Shown piece by piece: positions 12,336-25,410 of a stretch of 64,000 nt of DNA. The DNA comes from Octopus vulgaris. Lineage: Eukaryota. A program made the translations under genes and the position numbers. Positions within the stretch are counted from its first letter, which is position 1; each line of letters begins with the position of its first letter. The stretch spans positions 103,540,001-103,604,000 of the forward strand of contig OX597817.1 in assembly GCA_951406725.2 (NCBI GenBank), in the 5' to 3' direction. The notes beneath the pieces are model-generated. The model was not told the origin of the DNA. It did no database searches and saw nothing but the letters and a program-made list of their open reading frames with translations.

Positions 12336-13838
12336 TTTTTTTCCTTCTTTCAAATTTGCTTCCATTTCTTGCCGAGTGTCTTCCCGACTCCTAGGGCAAA
12401 GAAACTCATAGTATACATTGGTAGGCCATTAAACCAAACTCAATAGTTCGTTAATTTTTTTTTTTTTTAAGTTAAATTAAAATACATGAGCAGCAACAGT
12501 TCTCACATCGACAATGCTCTTCTCAATACGTGTGATGTACCAGTTAAGACAATCTTTTGCACTTCTTGCAGGGATGGTAAGCCAGGGATCATTCTCATAT
12601 AATTTTCGGTTCCCTTCTTGATCATTCCTAGTGCTCCTACGATCACTGGTATTGTAACCGCCTTGAGATGCCACATTTTCTCAATTTCAATGAGTAGGTC
12701 TTTATATTTTCTGAGCTTGTCAAACTCTTTCGCTGAGATATTATGATCACAGGGGATGCTCATGTCGATCAATAAGAAAACTTTATTGTTTTGGTCTTTC
12801 ACAACAATATCTGGTTTATTGGCCTTGATGGTTCGGTCTGTATGTACTGGAAAGTCCCACAGAATGGTTACATTTTCTCCTTCAGTTACAGCCTCAGGGT
12901 GGTGATTATACCACTTGTCGGCAGTTTTGATATTGTAATGCCGACTTATTAGCCAGTGTAGATATTGGCCAACTCTGTCATGTCTTAATTTATACTCCAC
13001 TGGTGCTAAGACTTTACATCCAGAGATTAGATGGTCCACTGTTTCAATCATGTCGTTGCAGAATCGGCATTTTGGGTCTGCTCCATTTTTCATCACATTG
13101 GCCTGGTAGTTCCGGGTTAATAGGCTTTGATCTTGAGCAGCCAGGATGAAACCTTCGCTCTCTGCTTTTAGCCCTGAGCTCCGTAGCCACTGATGGGTTT
13201 GCTTCTGGTCAACATCAGCTTGTTTGCTGCGGGTCACATATTTGCCGTGCAGAGGTTTCTCCTCCCACCTATCAGCCAATTGCTCGTGCGCTTTTTTCGT
13301 TGCCATCATTTTCGCCTTCTTTGCAACAATAGTTGCCGTACTTCCCTCGGGTTGTTCAGTTTGGGTATCCTGCATGAGATCAATAGCAAATTTTTTGCTT
13401 TCCTTTATGATAGAATGAAGCTTCTTTCGTCTCTCGTGATTTTCCACGAGCTTTAGCATCCAGTCATTCGATATTTCGAGATATTTGGCCAGTCCAATTG
13501 TGGTTGTTTTGTAAGCTAGTTCAAATTGGATCAGGCCTCGACATCCTTGGGCTCTGGGAAGGTAAAGGCGATCTACGTCTGCCTTTGGGTGGTGCATCCT
13601 ATTACAACTCAGCAGCTAGCGTATTTTCCTATCTATATTCTTTACTTCACTCATATTCCAGTTCAACACATTGTAGCTATAAGTAACAACTGGAACTGCT
13701 AAGGAATTTATAGCTAACACCTTGTTACGTGCATTTAGTTCAGATTTCAGGACTGCACGAACTCTCCTATAACATTCCTTCCTGATCTTCTCTTTCATGC
13801 TTGCATGCTGAATACCAGAGCCTTCATTTATCCCTAAA

Positions 13839-13840
<2 letters not shown>
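12336..13840 (-). mobile_element. 5'-truncated R4/Dong non-LTR retrotransposon, young copy
   Basis: ORFs 13616-13840 (KYLG..RVRAVLKSELNARNK) and 12503-13597, 3'UTR to ~12336, with (TAA)n on both sides. Confidence 0.95.
12503..13597 (-). CDS. R4/Dong ORF C-terminal half: RT thumb, CCHC zinc knuckle, restriction-like endonuclease
   Basis: 364 aa open: HPKADVDRLYLPR..GRGL, WLRSSGLKAESEGFILAAQDQSL, CRFC..ETVDHLISGC, RHD, KPDIVV, LIDMSIP, KYKDL, IVGALG. Confidence 0.93.
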   Translation of the reverse strand: MHHPKADVDRLYLPRAQGCRGLIQFELAYKTTTIGLAKYLEISNDWMLKLVENHERRKKLHSIIKESKKFAIDLMQDTQTEQPEGSTATIVAKKAKMMATKKAHEQLADRWEEKPLHGKYVTRSKQADVDQKQTHQWLRSSGLKAESEGFILAAQDQSLLTRNYQANVMKNGADPKCRFCNDMIETVDHLISGCKVLAPVEYKLRHDRVGQYLHWLISRHYNIKTADKWYNHHPEAVTEGENVTILWDFPVHTDRTIKANKPDIVVKDQNNKVFLLIDMSIPCDHNISAKEFDKLRKYKDLLIEIEKMWHLKAVTIPVIVGALGMIKKGTENYMRMIPGLPSLQEVQKIVLTGTSHVLRRALSM

Positions 13841-13902
<62 letters not shown>

Positions 13903-13930
13903 CATTATTATTATTATCATTATTATTATT
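13841..13930 (-). repeat. (TAA)n microsatellite
   Basis: (tta)n with a few tca variants at the 5' truncation point of the R4 copy. Confidence 0.95.
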
Positions 13931-14115
13931 ACCCGGCAAAATGCTTTGGGGTATTTCGTCTGCCGTTACGCTCTGAGTTCAAATTCCGCCGTGGTCGACT
14001 TCGCCTTTCATCCTTTCGGGGTCGATAAATTAAGTACCAGTCAAGTACTGGGGTCGATGTAATCGACTATCTCCTCCTCCAAAACTGCTTCCCTTGAGTC
14101 AAAATTTGAAGCCAT
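13931..14115 (+). mobile_element. SINE family B copy
   Basis: ctctgagttcaaattccgccgtggtcgacttcgcctttcatcctttcggggtcgataaattaagtaccag. Confidence 0.9.
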
Positions 14116-14479
14116 TATTATTATTAAGGATAAGTTGAAACAATCGCTAAAATCCCTACAGCTTAATTTAACATCTTGGTTAGAACGATCTGAGAGGCGT
14201 AAATTGTGTCATGATGCATCTAAACAGTTTGAGTTGAAGAAGCAAAACAATAAAAGAATTATATCCTGCAGTCAACAGACACGTATGTCTAATCCCAGGC
14301 AAAATCAAAATCATTATTATCCCCATTGTGACTTCATAGTAAAATCCACACCTAGACTCAAAATTACATTTACTCATCCGTCGCAAATAGTTGCAGCTTC
14401 GGTTACTTTAATAATTCTTTTTCTTTTTAAACCCTTTCCTTCAAACACTCATACGTCGAAATCGACGGGAGTGACCATC

Positions 14480-14630
14480 GTTAGGGAGGTGAACCGCCAG
14501 AATCGTTACCTTGCCGGACAAAATGCCTAGCAGCATTTCTTCCGGTTTTACGTTGTGAGTTCAGGTGCCGCAGCGGTTGACTTTGTTTCATCTTTTCGGG
14601 ATCGATAAAACAAGTACCAGTTGAGTTCTG
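14480..14630 (+). mobile_element. SINE family B copy (partial)
   Basis: gggaggtgaaccgccagaatcgttacc...gactttgtttcatcttttcgggatcgataaaacaagtaccag. Confidence 0.75.
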
Positions 14631-15552
14631 ATGAAAACAAGCTCTTACACTAAATGCAGAATGTGCAACCAGCACAGTGAGACAGTTGACCACATCATCT
14701 CTGGCTGTCCAGTTCTAGTCAGATTTGAATATATATACAGACATGACCGAGTAAGCACTCATATCCACTGGACAATATGCCAAGACTGCAACATGAAAAC
14801 TTACAAAAAATGATAAAAACACGTGCCAAAAAACATGTACATGACAATACCCAAGCCACAATCATCTGAGATATACCTCTTCTAACTGACAAATCAAAGC
14901 TAATTGTCCAGGCATAATAATCAAGCATTCGAAAAATACCTGCATACAGATGGACATTTCATGCCTTTCTGACCAAAATACATTGCCCAAAAGAGGTGGA
15001 GAGATTTTCAAAGTACAAAGATCTCAAAATTGAAGCATTTAATGAGAATTTAATGAGAATGAATGCGAAAACAATACTAGCAATAGCTGGAGCATTGGGT
15101 ATGATAAAAAAAAAACGTAAGAATGAAAACGTAGAAGCTATATCAGAACCCTCAACACTACTCAATACCCCAAAAATAGCCCTGCTAGAAACAGCCCACA
15201 CCTTATGCAAGACACTATCAATTCAATTGGACAACCCAAGTATAACAATCTACAAACACAAGGTACACTCTACATGGCAAATATCTCAAAAGATGCACAA
15301 CTCTCGCAACATTTACTCTGCAGGTCGGATACCCAACAGAAGAACATAACTCGCATTACACACACAATACACAATACAAACACTAATACAACAAAACATT
15401 GCAAACGAGCTCCATGGCAATACAACACCGAGAAGAGTTTGTACGCCCCCAACAACAAAAATTTTAAAATGAAACAAGAATACAATACTGAACTCACCTC
15501 AGTAACGCGGAGGTGTATGCAGTAGAAATTTGCCTGAAACTATCACGTCTCA
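14631..15552 (+). mobile_element. Decayed R4/Dong 3' fragment with long 3'UTR
   Basis: CRMCNQHSETVDHIISGC, RHDRV, KYKDLKIE, AGALG, KIALLETAHTL. The 3'UTR is homologous to 61920-62118 and ends at (TAA)n. Confidence 0.85.
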
Positions 15553-15565
15553 AATAATAATAATG

Positions 15566-15641
<76 letters not shown>
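15553..15641 (+). repeat. (TAA)n microsatellite
   Basis: Direct observation. Confidence 0.95.
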
Positions 15642-15642
<1 letters not shown>

Positions 15643-16539
15643 CTAAAAATAGAACAGCAACGAACCATGATAAAACGATGGCAAGAAAAGCCCCTTCATG
15701 GTAAATATTGGACTAAACTAAACGCAAAAGAAATAGACAAAGAAAAATCCCAGCAATGGTTGAGAAGCTCAGGACTCAAAGCAGAGACAGAAGGATTTTT
15801 AATTGCAGCACAAGACCAAAGCCTCCCCACCAGAAATTACCAAAAACATGTAATGAAAATAAATATAACAAGTAACTGCAGAATATGTGGAGATGGACAA
15901 GAAACAATAAATCATATTATCTCTGGCTGCCCAGTCCTGGCTAAGAAGGAATATATTCACAGACATGACAGAGTTGGAACCTACATACACTGGAAGCTAT
16001 GCCAACATTATGGAATAACAACATAAAAAAGATGGTATAGACACACACCAGAAAAGGTCACAGAAAACGAAAAAGCAACCATACTCTGGGATATGCCGAT
16101 ACACACAGATAGAGAAATTAAGCCAACAGACCAGATATAGTTGTCAGAGATCATGAAGAAAAAAAATGCTTTCTAATTGATGTATCACTACCGGCAGATG
16201 ACAACGTTTCTCTAAAAGAAATGGAGAAACTTTCAAAATACAAAGACCTGGAAATAGAGGTAATCAGAATGTGGAATCTAAAAACAGAAACAATTCCTAT
16301 CATAGTAGGTGCATTAGGCATGATAAAAAAATATTCAGACAAATACATAACAAAAACACCAGGACTTACAAACACATATAACATACAGAAAATTGCACTA
16401 CTAGGCACTGCACACATCCTACGCAGAACACTTTCCATACAATAACCATCAGAGCATCACAACAAATCACAGCACATACCCAAGGTACACAGAGCTGCGC
16501 TCGGTAGTGAAGTGAAAGCACGCTATAAAAATAAAACTA

Positions 16540-16541
<2 letters not shown>
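15642..16541 (+). mobile_element. 5'-truncated R4/Dong copy (one stop, one frameshift)
   Basis: WQEKPLHG, LKAETEGFLIAAQDQSL, CRICGDGQETINHIISGC, RPDIV, KYKDLEIE, QKIALLGTAHILRRTLS. Short 3'UTR, then (TAA)n. Confidence 0.95.
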
Positions 16542-16789
<248 letters not shown>

Positions 16790-17282
16790 ATGTTATGTAC
16801 ATTGTTTTGTCTTGGTACAAAAGATAGGCTGCAGCGATTATTCTGCTCAATATCACAGATGTGCATGTCGGTTGTTTGACCTTAATCAATTTAGCATGTC
16901 TCTTAGTGGCTGACAATATATGCACCTCTGATCACGAGCAGAAGTAATGGGGGAGCATTATAACCATGTGTTGAGAGGAATTCTTTGGGGCTTGAATAAT
17001 TCATCTCTGGAAACATGGGTGATTTGTTCATCCTTAAACAAACCTTATCAGGGAGATTTTGAGCAGGATAGTCTACTTGACCTGAAGAAAATTATAACTG
17101 GACTCTCACCTGCAAGGTCATGCGTTGTTTATGTTGATATGAGATCACCATGTTGTGCACATATGCTTGTGATGCATGTGCCAAATGTACCCTTATCACA
17201 CTGGTAGTCATGACGGGTATATTGATCTTCGTATATTTGTACCCCAGTGTCACTTTGATGGGATGCGCTGCTGTCTCACTCA

Positions 17283-17283
<1 letters not shown>
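16790..17283 (+). mobile_element. Non-coding TAA-tailed repeat (probable R4-family 3'UTR or R4-mobilised SINE), copy 1
   Basis: Homologous to 17998-18553, no ORF, ends ctgtctcactcag followed by (TAA)n. Confidence 0.75.
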
Positions 17284-17360
<77 letters not shown>

Positions 17361-17997
17361 GATTCTTTTTATTGGCTACAAGGGCTGACACACATGATTA
17401 GAAAACATAAAGGGACAAAACAGGACGAAAGGTTACAAAGGGTTTTGTCCGTTTGTGAAAAAATCGTGTAAAAACAGTGTAACAATCAAATAATATAACA
17501 ACGAAAAACTCCCAATAGGGGGAGGCGTTACGAAAGGTTCCTGGTGGAAAAACCCATAAAAGCCAACGGGAGCCTGGTCAAAAGTGGGGTAGAGATTCCC
17601 TTTCTCCTTTTATAATACCTTTTTCAATTACAGGTGAAACCTCAGAATTGGTTCATTTATACTGGCCATTCTTGCACAATTCACCCACCTTTCAGAAAAC
17701 TTGCTATCAGACAGCACTCTCCTCTCTAACCTCATCTTCCTTTTCAAATGAAACTTGAAAAAGTTGATGTGGCCTTGACCAAAGAGGAAAGTGTCTGACT
17801 TTAGCCCTTTCAAACGGGTCCACCATACAACCTCTTTCGCCACAGCCACTAGGCACAGGAAAACGGCCTTGCACTCCTTGTTAAAGGAGGTCGGCGGGGC
17901 AGTCTTCACTATGGATTCAGCTGATAGCCGTGTCCGTCCTATACGTGACAGTAGCTGTTCGACATAAACCCATAGTTCAGCAATACTCGGGCACTGG

Positions 17998-17999
<2 letters not shown>
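17361..17999 (-). mobile_element. Tx1/L1-clade LINE 3' fragment
   Basis: QCPSIAELWVYVEQLL..., LVAVAKEVVWWTR, FFKFHLKRK, FSERW. The 3' end is ccaataaaaagaatc. Homologous to 47880-48490 and 56985-57380. Confidence 0.8.
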
Positions 18000-18763
<764 letters not shown>

Positions 18764-18764
18764 T

Positions 18765-19100
18765 ATGACGATTTGAAGAGGAAAAAAACTGAACAACTAT
18801 GACAATTTCAAGTGAGAAATACGAAGTTTGCGGTCAATGAAGAGAGTTGACGTGGTACCAACAGGAAATGGCGCACCAGGAAGTATCAGCACTCAACTAC
18901 CATTATGCCTCAAAAGGATTGGTACAAATGCAAAGGTAGGACACCTACAAAAATCAGCATTGCTTGGAACTGCAAGAAGTCTTCGCAGGGTTCTTGAAGC
19001 ATGAGTAGTAAACAAGTGTTACCTTAGTCTGCTGGCCGTGGACAGCTGACACTTTCCATCATACCCAAGAAAATAAGCCGTGAGTTTGCATCAAATAAAA
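18765..19100 (+). mobile_element. R4/Dong extreme 3' fragment
   Basis: KLNNYDNFK..RVDVVP..HLQKSALLGTARSLRRVLEA*. The 3'UTR (agtaaacaagtgttacc...gctgacactttccatcatacc) is shared with 62760-62860. Confidence 0.85.
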
Positions 19101-19132
19101 ATAATCATAATAATGATGATGATGATGATGAT

Positions 19133-19320
19133 GGTTTCAAATGTTGCCACATGGGCAGCAATTTGGGGGGAGGGGATGAATCGATTACATCGGTCCCAGT
19201 GTTCAACTGGTACTTATTTTATCGACCCCGAAATGATGAAAGGCAAAATAGACATCGGCGGAATTTGAACTCAGACGGTGCAGACGGACAAAATGCCGCT
19301 AAGCATTTTGTCCGGCGTAC
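19133..19320 (-). mobile_element. SINE family B copy
   Basis: actggtacttattttatcgaccccg...cggcggaatttgaactcag. Confidence 0.85.
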
Positions 19321-19778
19321 TGTGGCAAAGAGGCATAATCAGCTATACCGTCCTCAGTTCTTGATTAGTACTACTGAAAAGAGAGAAGCTAAAGCCATTA
19401 TCGGTAGGAATTCAACTCAGTCATTAAGATAGGTAATTAAATATCACAAAGCATTTTGACTGCCGCTGCTCTACTGATTCTGTCACCCATCTCTGATAAT
19501 GATGAATTTTTTCATAAACACAAGGCCTTAATCGGAGTAAAGGTTGAGAAGAGGAGAAAATTGACTGTTATACCGCCCACTGTTTGATAGATACTTATTT
19601 CATCGATACTGAAAAGTAAAAGACAGAGGTGACTCAGTGACAAGTGATTTAAACTCAGAACGTAATGGTAGTAAGTAAATATCGCAGCACATTTTCTCTG
19701 ACACTCTACTGATTCTGCTATCCACTACCTTTCTAGTGCAAATAACTATAAAGAAAAAACAAAACAAAATATATACAG

Positions 19779-20019
19779 ATTGCCCGACACGCAGGCTAAA
19801 AGTGGTTAAACACTCTCCGAATTGATGAGGGTTCAAGAGAAACAGTTCAGAGATATATGGAAAATCCTAAACTGTGAATCTGAATCTAGCTGACTTTCCT
19901 ACATGCCTGAGTTCTCATGTGTAAAATAAATATTAGCAGAACAAGTACGAGCATTCAGATTACAGGTGGTATACTATTACTAAACACTTAAGATTAATTT
20001 TGGAGCTGGCATGATAACG
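19779..20019 (+). pseudogene. Possible decayed Ig I-set exon
   Basis: AG...GTATGT bounded. Across frameshifts it reads TLRIDEGSRETV..ENPK..I*, ILAEQVRA..VYYY..NFGAG, resembling V.EG...C...GNP.P.I.W and DxGxYxC..N..G. The acceptor tract is poor. Confidence 0.35.
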
Positions 20020-20231
20020 GTATGTAAGCCTATTGTAACTAGAGCCATGTCTATTTTTGATACCTCACAACACAGCTATTATTAGATTATGATAGACAGT
20101 TTGAATCAACACAACTATTAATAGATTATGATATGCAGTTTCAGGAGCGTCTATGTGGTCATTTTGATCGGCTAGAAATAGTAACTAAATCTTCCCCTTC
20201 CCCCATCATATCTTACACATTGTGTAATGTA

Positions 20232-21175
20232 TTGAGTTGGCAACTAAGTTTCCCCTGTTTTTTTTAAAGTTTTGGAATTTATTGCGTTTTTAAATTTTGG
20301 AATCTATTTTTTTCGAGAATTCTATTTTTGAATCATTTTGGAATCAATTTTGTTTTTTTTTCTAGTTAATTTTAGTTAATTTTTGTTTATTTTCAGATCA
20401 TTAATTGGGTTCCGCATGTTTTAAGTCACAACAACAAAAATCAACGAGCCACAATCTCCGTTGGTTTGCTTGCTCGTTACCACTCAACTCATGGACACAG
20501 TAAACGATTTCTTTACCGAATCGTTACTGGCGAAGAAAAAATGATGCATGCACATCAATATGAAGCAGCATAAGGAATGGCTTATCCCCAGTATACAAGC
20601 GACACCGCATGTGAAATAAGATCTTCATCCGCGTAAAGCGATGTTGTGCATATGGTGGGAGTGGGAAGGAATTATGCATTAAGAATTGCCCGAACAGAAC
20701 CAAACGGTCAACGCGGAACTCTATGTTCGACAAATAGAACGACTCAACACGGCTATTCAAGAGAAAAGACCTAATCGTCAGCATGGAGTTCTGCTGCTGC
20801 ACGACAATGCACGTTCTCATATCGCCAATAGACCAAGGAAACCATTCAAATGCATGACTGGAAAGTGCTGCCACACACGCCGTACTTTCTTGATTTGGCA
20901 CCAACAGATTTCCTCTTTCGATCTCTTTCAAATACTATGCGCGGAGTTTCGTTCAATACTGATGCAGAATTGAAAGCTTGGTTGGATCAATTTTTCGAGT
21001 CGAAATCGGGTGATTTCTACCAACGAGGTATTGAAAATCTAATTGAATGTTCGGAAGAAGTTGTAAATAACAAGGGTGAATACATTATTGATTAATTAGT
21101 TGTTATTTTTTTTGATTAAACCTTTTTAAAAATTTAACTTTTAAGAAAACAGCGGGAACTTAGTTGCCAACCCAA
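20232..21175 (+). mobile_element. Internally deleted mariner (DD34D; mellifera-like TIR)
   Basis: TIRs ttgagttggcaactaagtttcccctgtttt / aaaacagcgggaacttagttgccaacccaa with TA TSDs. Relics IVTGEEK, LLHDNARSH, PYFLDLAPTDF, GEYIID*. The HTH region is missing. Confidence 0.93.
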
Positions 21176-21774
21176 TACTTCGTGTACATAACGCTTGAAG
21201 AAATATGAGGGTATGTCTGGAATATTTTGATCTTAGTGGAAGAACTTGCTAGAAAACTAAGGTTTGTTAGATGTATAACCCAGTAAAATTATTACTGAAC
21301 TAAAAAAGACTGTACCCTCATAAGAAGATCAATCCAAGAGTAGACAAAATCCAGTGAAAATCAAAAATCAAAAATAAATGGTAAAAGCAACACAACCGAA
21401 GTTAGGATTCAAATGAAAAGCAAACTATTGACAAATGCCCTGGGTTCAGAAAATGTCCGAGAAGAAAGTAATTCCGATAAACTAGCGCTTCTATTGCCAA
21501 ACCTATTCTGTGGTCATCTTCAAAAGATTGAGTTGAAACCAACGGATGTGGAATCTTCGATAATTATCACAACTGCCAAAGTGAGAAATATCGGTTTAGG
21601 TAGGTCATCGGAAATAAGCAGTACTAAATGTCAGAAAATCAAGGTGAAGTTGAAAACCTCTGGCTAGATATGTTCAGTATGTGTTAAGAGATCATGAAAT
21701 GAACTTATCAAAGGTACACGTAATATAACCCAGTAGGGTTACACATGAAACCTAAATAAAGAGGTATCTAAATA

Positions 21775-22966
21775 TCAGGTCATCCCATAAGTTCTGTCCG
21801 AATTTACTTTTTTTAAAATTGAATGAAATTTAATAGTATTTTAGAATGTCTAATAGAATTACAATTTCTTTGATTAAAACCCTTTCTAACATGGAAGTAT
21901 CCAAAGAGCATTTAAGGCACATAATGCTTTATGAGCACAAACTCTGCAGCCGAAGCGACTCGAAACACACACTCAGTTTATGGGAAAGAATGCTTGAATG
22001 AAAGAACTTGCAGAAGATGGTTAGCAAAATTCAGAAGTGGAGATTTCAGCCTTGAAGATGAAGATCGAACAGGACGTCCAGTTGAGTGGCATTACTTGAA
22101 GAAAATCCTGCATTATCAGTTGAAGAATTGGCAATAAAGCTTAGTTCGAACCATACAACTGTTCATCATTATCTTCAACAACTTGGAAAAGTTCCTAAAC
22201 TTGGAAAATGGGTGCCTCATGAATTGTCTGAAAGCGACCGCAAATCCCGAGTTGACATTTGCTCTTCTCTCCATTCTCGTGAACTCATTTCCCCCTTTTC
22301 GGATAGACTTGTGACTGGTGACGAAAAATGGATCTTCTATCGAAATGTTAAACGTCGTAAACAGTGGCTTGGGAAAAGGGAAAAAGCTCAACCACAACCG
22401 TGAAGGGAACTTCATGGAAAAAAGGTTCTTCTCTCTATCTGGTGGGATTGCAAACGAGTAATTCACTTTGAATTGATACTACCTAATGCAACAATCAATA
22501 CTCAAGTCTACTGTCAGCAATTAGAGCGTTTGAACCAAGCTTTAAAGAAAAAAAGATACGCTTTAGTGAATCGAAAAGGAGTGATGTTTCATCAGGACAA
22601 TGCGCGACCACACACTGTAAAGATCACATCACAGAAGATCGAAGAGCTTGGTTGGGAAAAAATTCCTTATCCACCTTATTCTCCCGACCTTGCTCCTTCA
22701 GACTACCATTTGTTTCGTAGTTTACAGAATCATTTGGGGGACATATCTTTCGCAAGCCAGGGGAGGTCGAAACTGACATTTTAGAGTTCTTCGCTTTGAA
22801 ACCAAAAGAATTTTACATTGATGGGATTAAAAAGCTTGTAAATAGATGGAAGGAAGTCATAGATAATCAGGGAAAATACATTGATGATTAAATTTCAATT
22901 CAATATAACATTTGATCACTTGTTTTCTTTATTCAAAATTCGGACAGAACTTATGGGATGACCTGA
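21775..22966 (+). mobile_element. Near full-length mariner transposon with perfect 31-bp TIRs
   Basis: tcaggtcatcccataagttctgtccgaattt at both ends (inverted), TA TSD at 21773-4 and 22967-8. Confidence 0.97.
21891..22891 (+). pseudogene. Mariner DD34D transposase pseudogene
   Basis: MEVSKEHLRHIMLYE, WVPHEL, VTGDEKW, HQDNARPH, YSPDLAPSDYHLF, GKYIDD*. Broken by frameshifts and stops. Confidence 0.95.
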
Positions 22967-22979
22967 TAGTTATTGTTCA

Positions 22980-24450
22980 GTTATTCGACACATTGACTTC
23001 TGGATAATATAACAGGATATGTGTCCAAGTAACGGGGAATGTCGTGCTCCTGAATGAAATTTTACCGAACCCAAGGTCATCAGAGTTAATAGAAAAAAGA
23101 TAGGAGAGAACTCCCAACGGCACTCTTAACAATAGTGAGATCCACCTCGACGCAAGAAATCTGCACACATACAGATCTTAGGTGGTCAGCTTGGAGGTCC
23201 TTATATCATTCGCAGTGAAAGACTTCGCTAATGTCAACTACAAAATAATACATATTAATGATACATAAGTTCTCAAGGGCGATTGATCACGGGTAAATGA
23301 ACAGGAAAGCAAGTCTCCAGGTGATGTGGTCCTTAGTAGGGCATACGGGTAATCACCTGTGAGAAGGAGATATAGTTTTCACAAAAGGGTGGTTGATTTT
23401 ATTGCTTTTCAGCTACTGGAAGTGCGAGCAATAGAGTTGTAGTTGGCAATGTCAGAAAGATGGTACTTCTTGTGGTGTACTGTGGTGTACTTCCAAGGGG
23501 TATGTGTATATATATATACACACATACAAACGTAATAAAATGAAATAACAAAGGAATAAACGATTATATTATGAACTTCATTAGCTTACCGCTGTTTCTG
23601 CTATAGGAGGCAGTAGACTCATATTTGAGTGTCTGTGTAACGCCTTATAGCTTCATCAGAGCCTTGAATATGAAGTACAATTTAGTAGGGAAAAGAATTA
23701 CATTTATGCATACATAAAGAAGTATGTATGTGCATGTGTGCGTATGTGTATATGTATGTATGTGTGTGTGAGAGAGGGGGAGAGACAGCGAGAGAGAGGG
23801 CGAGAGAGAGGGTGAGAGAGAGAGACTGAAAAGTTTGGCGAGGGCAGGAATTAAGTCTATAATGCACCGTTTGAAGATGATGTAAGTGAAGCCGTTGTGA
23901 CTAGCCGCACGAAACAATAATGTCGTTGTGAGAGTGGAGGTGTGGGGAACGTGGAGAAGGTTCGTTTGTTAGGAGTTTCGTTGAACGTGTATAGAGTCAA
24001 GTTAGAGGTGAAACAGGTAGCAAATGCGGAGGGTTTGTCTGCAGGAGTGCTGCTAATAGCTATCTTTGGTGAGACTCTCTTGGTAAGGCTGCAGATTCTG
24101 ATGCAATCTGGTAGGCGGGAAAGTTTGCTTTTCTAACGATAGTATTTGTAGGCGTTGCAGTAGTCTTGCAGGAAGCGAAACATTGCATTGTAACTGAAGA
24201 TATATGGAAGAGCAGCAGAAACCAAAGTTGAATCCTGAGGGATAGGGAAGAGAAACTTCGAGTCGGAAGAAAAGAAATTTGTGGCTGAAATTCAGGTGAG
24301 ACAGAGAACGATGAGTGGTAGGGCGAGTAGATACAAGTTATGCGCCAAATTGGAATATAGAGAGTAGCATGACACTAATATAGATCATGTGGTCTGCATA
24401 ATACTAAAGAGTATGGGTAATGGTCGCTGATCTGCGGACGCTAGGATAGA
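22980..24450 (-). mobile_element. Decayed CR1/Jockey-group LINE fragment (APE end to RT), interrupted at ~23500-23830
   Basis: RAASHNGFTYIIFKRCIIDLIPALAKLF (KA.GPDG..VLK.C..EL...L.KLF), SDIANYNSIARTS (NYRPIALTS), SPGDLL (STGDLL). Confidence 0.7.
23583..23663 (-). ncRNA. Type I hammerhead ribozyme with extended stem II, in a ~200-bp solo pLTR-like insert
   Basis: Minus strand: ggct CTGATGA a GCTATA aggc...gcctcc TATAGC a GAAA CAGCGG TA agct. Stem I GGCU/AGCU, near-palindromic stem III, GUA cleavage triplet. Confidence 0.75.
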
Positions 24451-25050
24451 GGAAACTAATTTAGATTGCTTGTTTTGAGAAATTTTCAGGTTTTTTGTTT
24501 TGTTTTGTATTTTGGCGCGGTGTGATGTATAAAGTGTGTTACACTTTCTAATCCTCACATCAGTTAAAGTTTTACCATATTCCGTGAACTCTTGTTATTC
24601 ATTCAAGGTTGAGATATGTTTTGGTTTGTATTAGTGAAAATCTTTATTGTTGTTATCGTTACTGTCGTAGTCCTCTTCGTCGTCGTTGTCGCCTCCGCCG
24701 CCGCCGCCGCGTTATTATTGTTATTATTGTTTGATTCTCAGCCAGGCCAGATTTTGGCAGCTGCAGCTCTCTATAATCAAAAGCCTTGTAACTATGATCA
24801 TCCAGTCTCTCCTTTAGACATTATGTATTTAGGGGACATTATCCAGTGTGGTTCCTGTTTTTTTTTTAAATTAAGAATGCAGAGTCATAATTTGAAGGAA
24901 ATTTAACAGTTATTTCTAGCAAGCCAACTATCACGTTGATGCTCCCTGTCTCGAATCTATTATTCTATTTTTGTCTATTTTACTGCGAAACTCGCTGAGA
25001 CAAGAAGGAAAGAAGGAGAAAAACTGTTAGGATAAGTTGCACCACTCAAT

Positions 25051-25051
<1 letters not shown>

Positions 25052-25093
<42 letters not shown>

Positions 25094-25137
25094 CACGCTC
25101 TTGCACACACACACACACACACACACACAGACTCTCG

Positions 25138-25179
<42 letters not shown>

Positions 25180-25410
25180 CTCTTTCTCTCACGCACACAC
25201 ACACTCACTCTCTCTCTCGCACACACACACACTCACTCACTCTCTCTCTCTCTCGCACACACACACTCACTCTCTCTCTCTCTCTTACACATACAGTCTC
25301 TCACACACTCTGTCACACACACACTCACACACTCTCTCTCTCACACACACACGCACTCTCTCTTTCGCTCTCTCTCTCCCCCTCTCCCCCTCTCTCTCTC
25401 TCTCTCTCTC
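25052..25410. repeat. Compound (CT)n/(CA)n microsatellite
   Basis: Direct observation. Confidence 0.95.
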
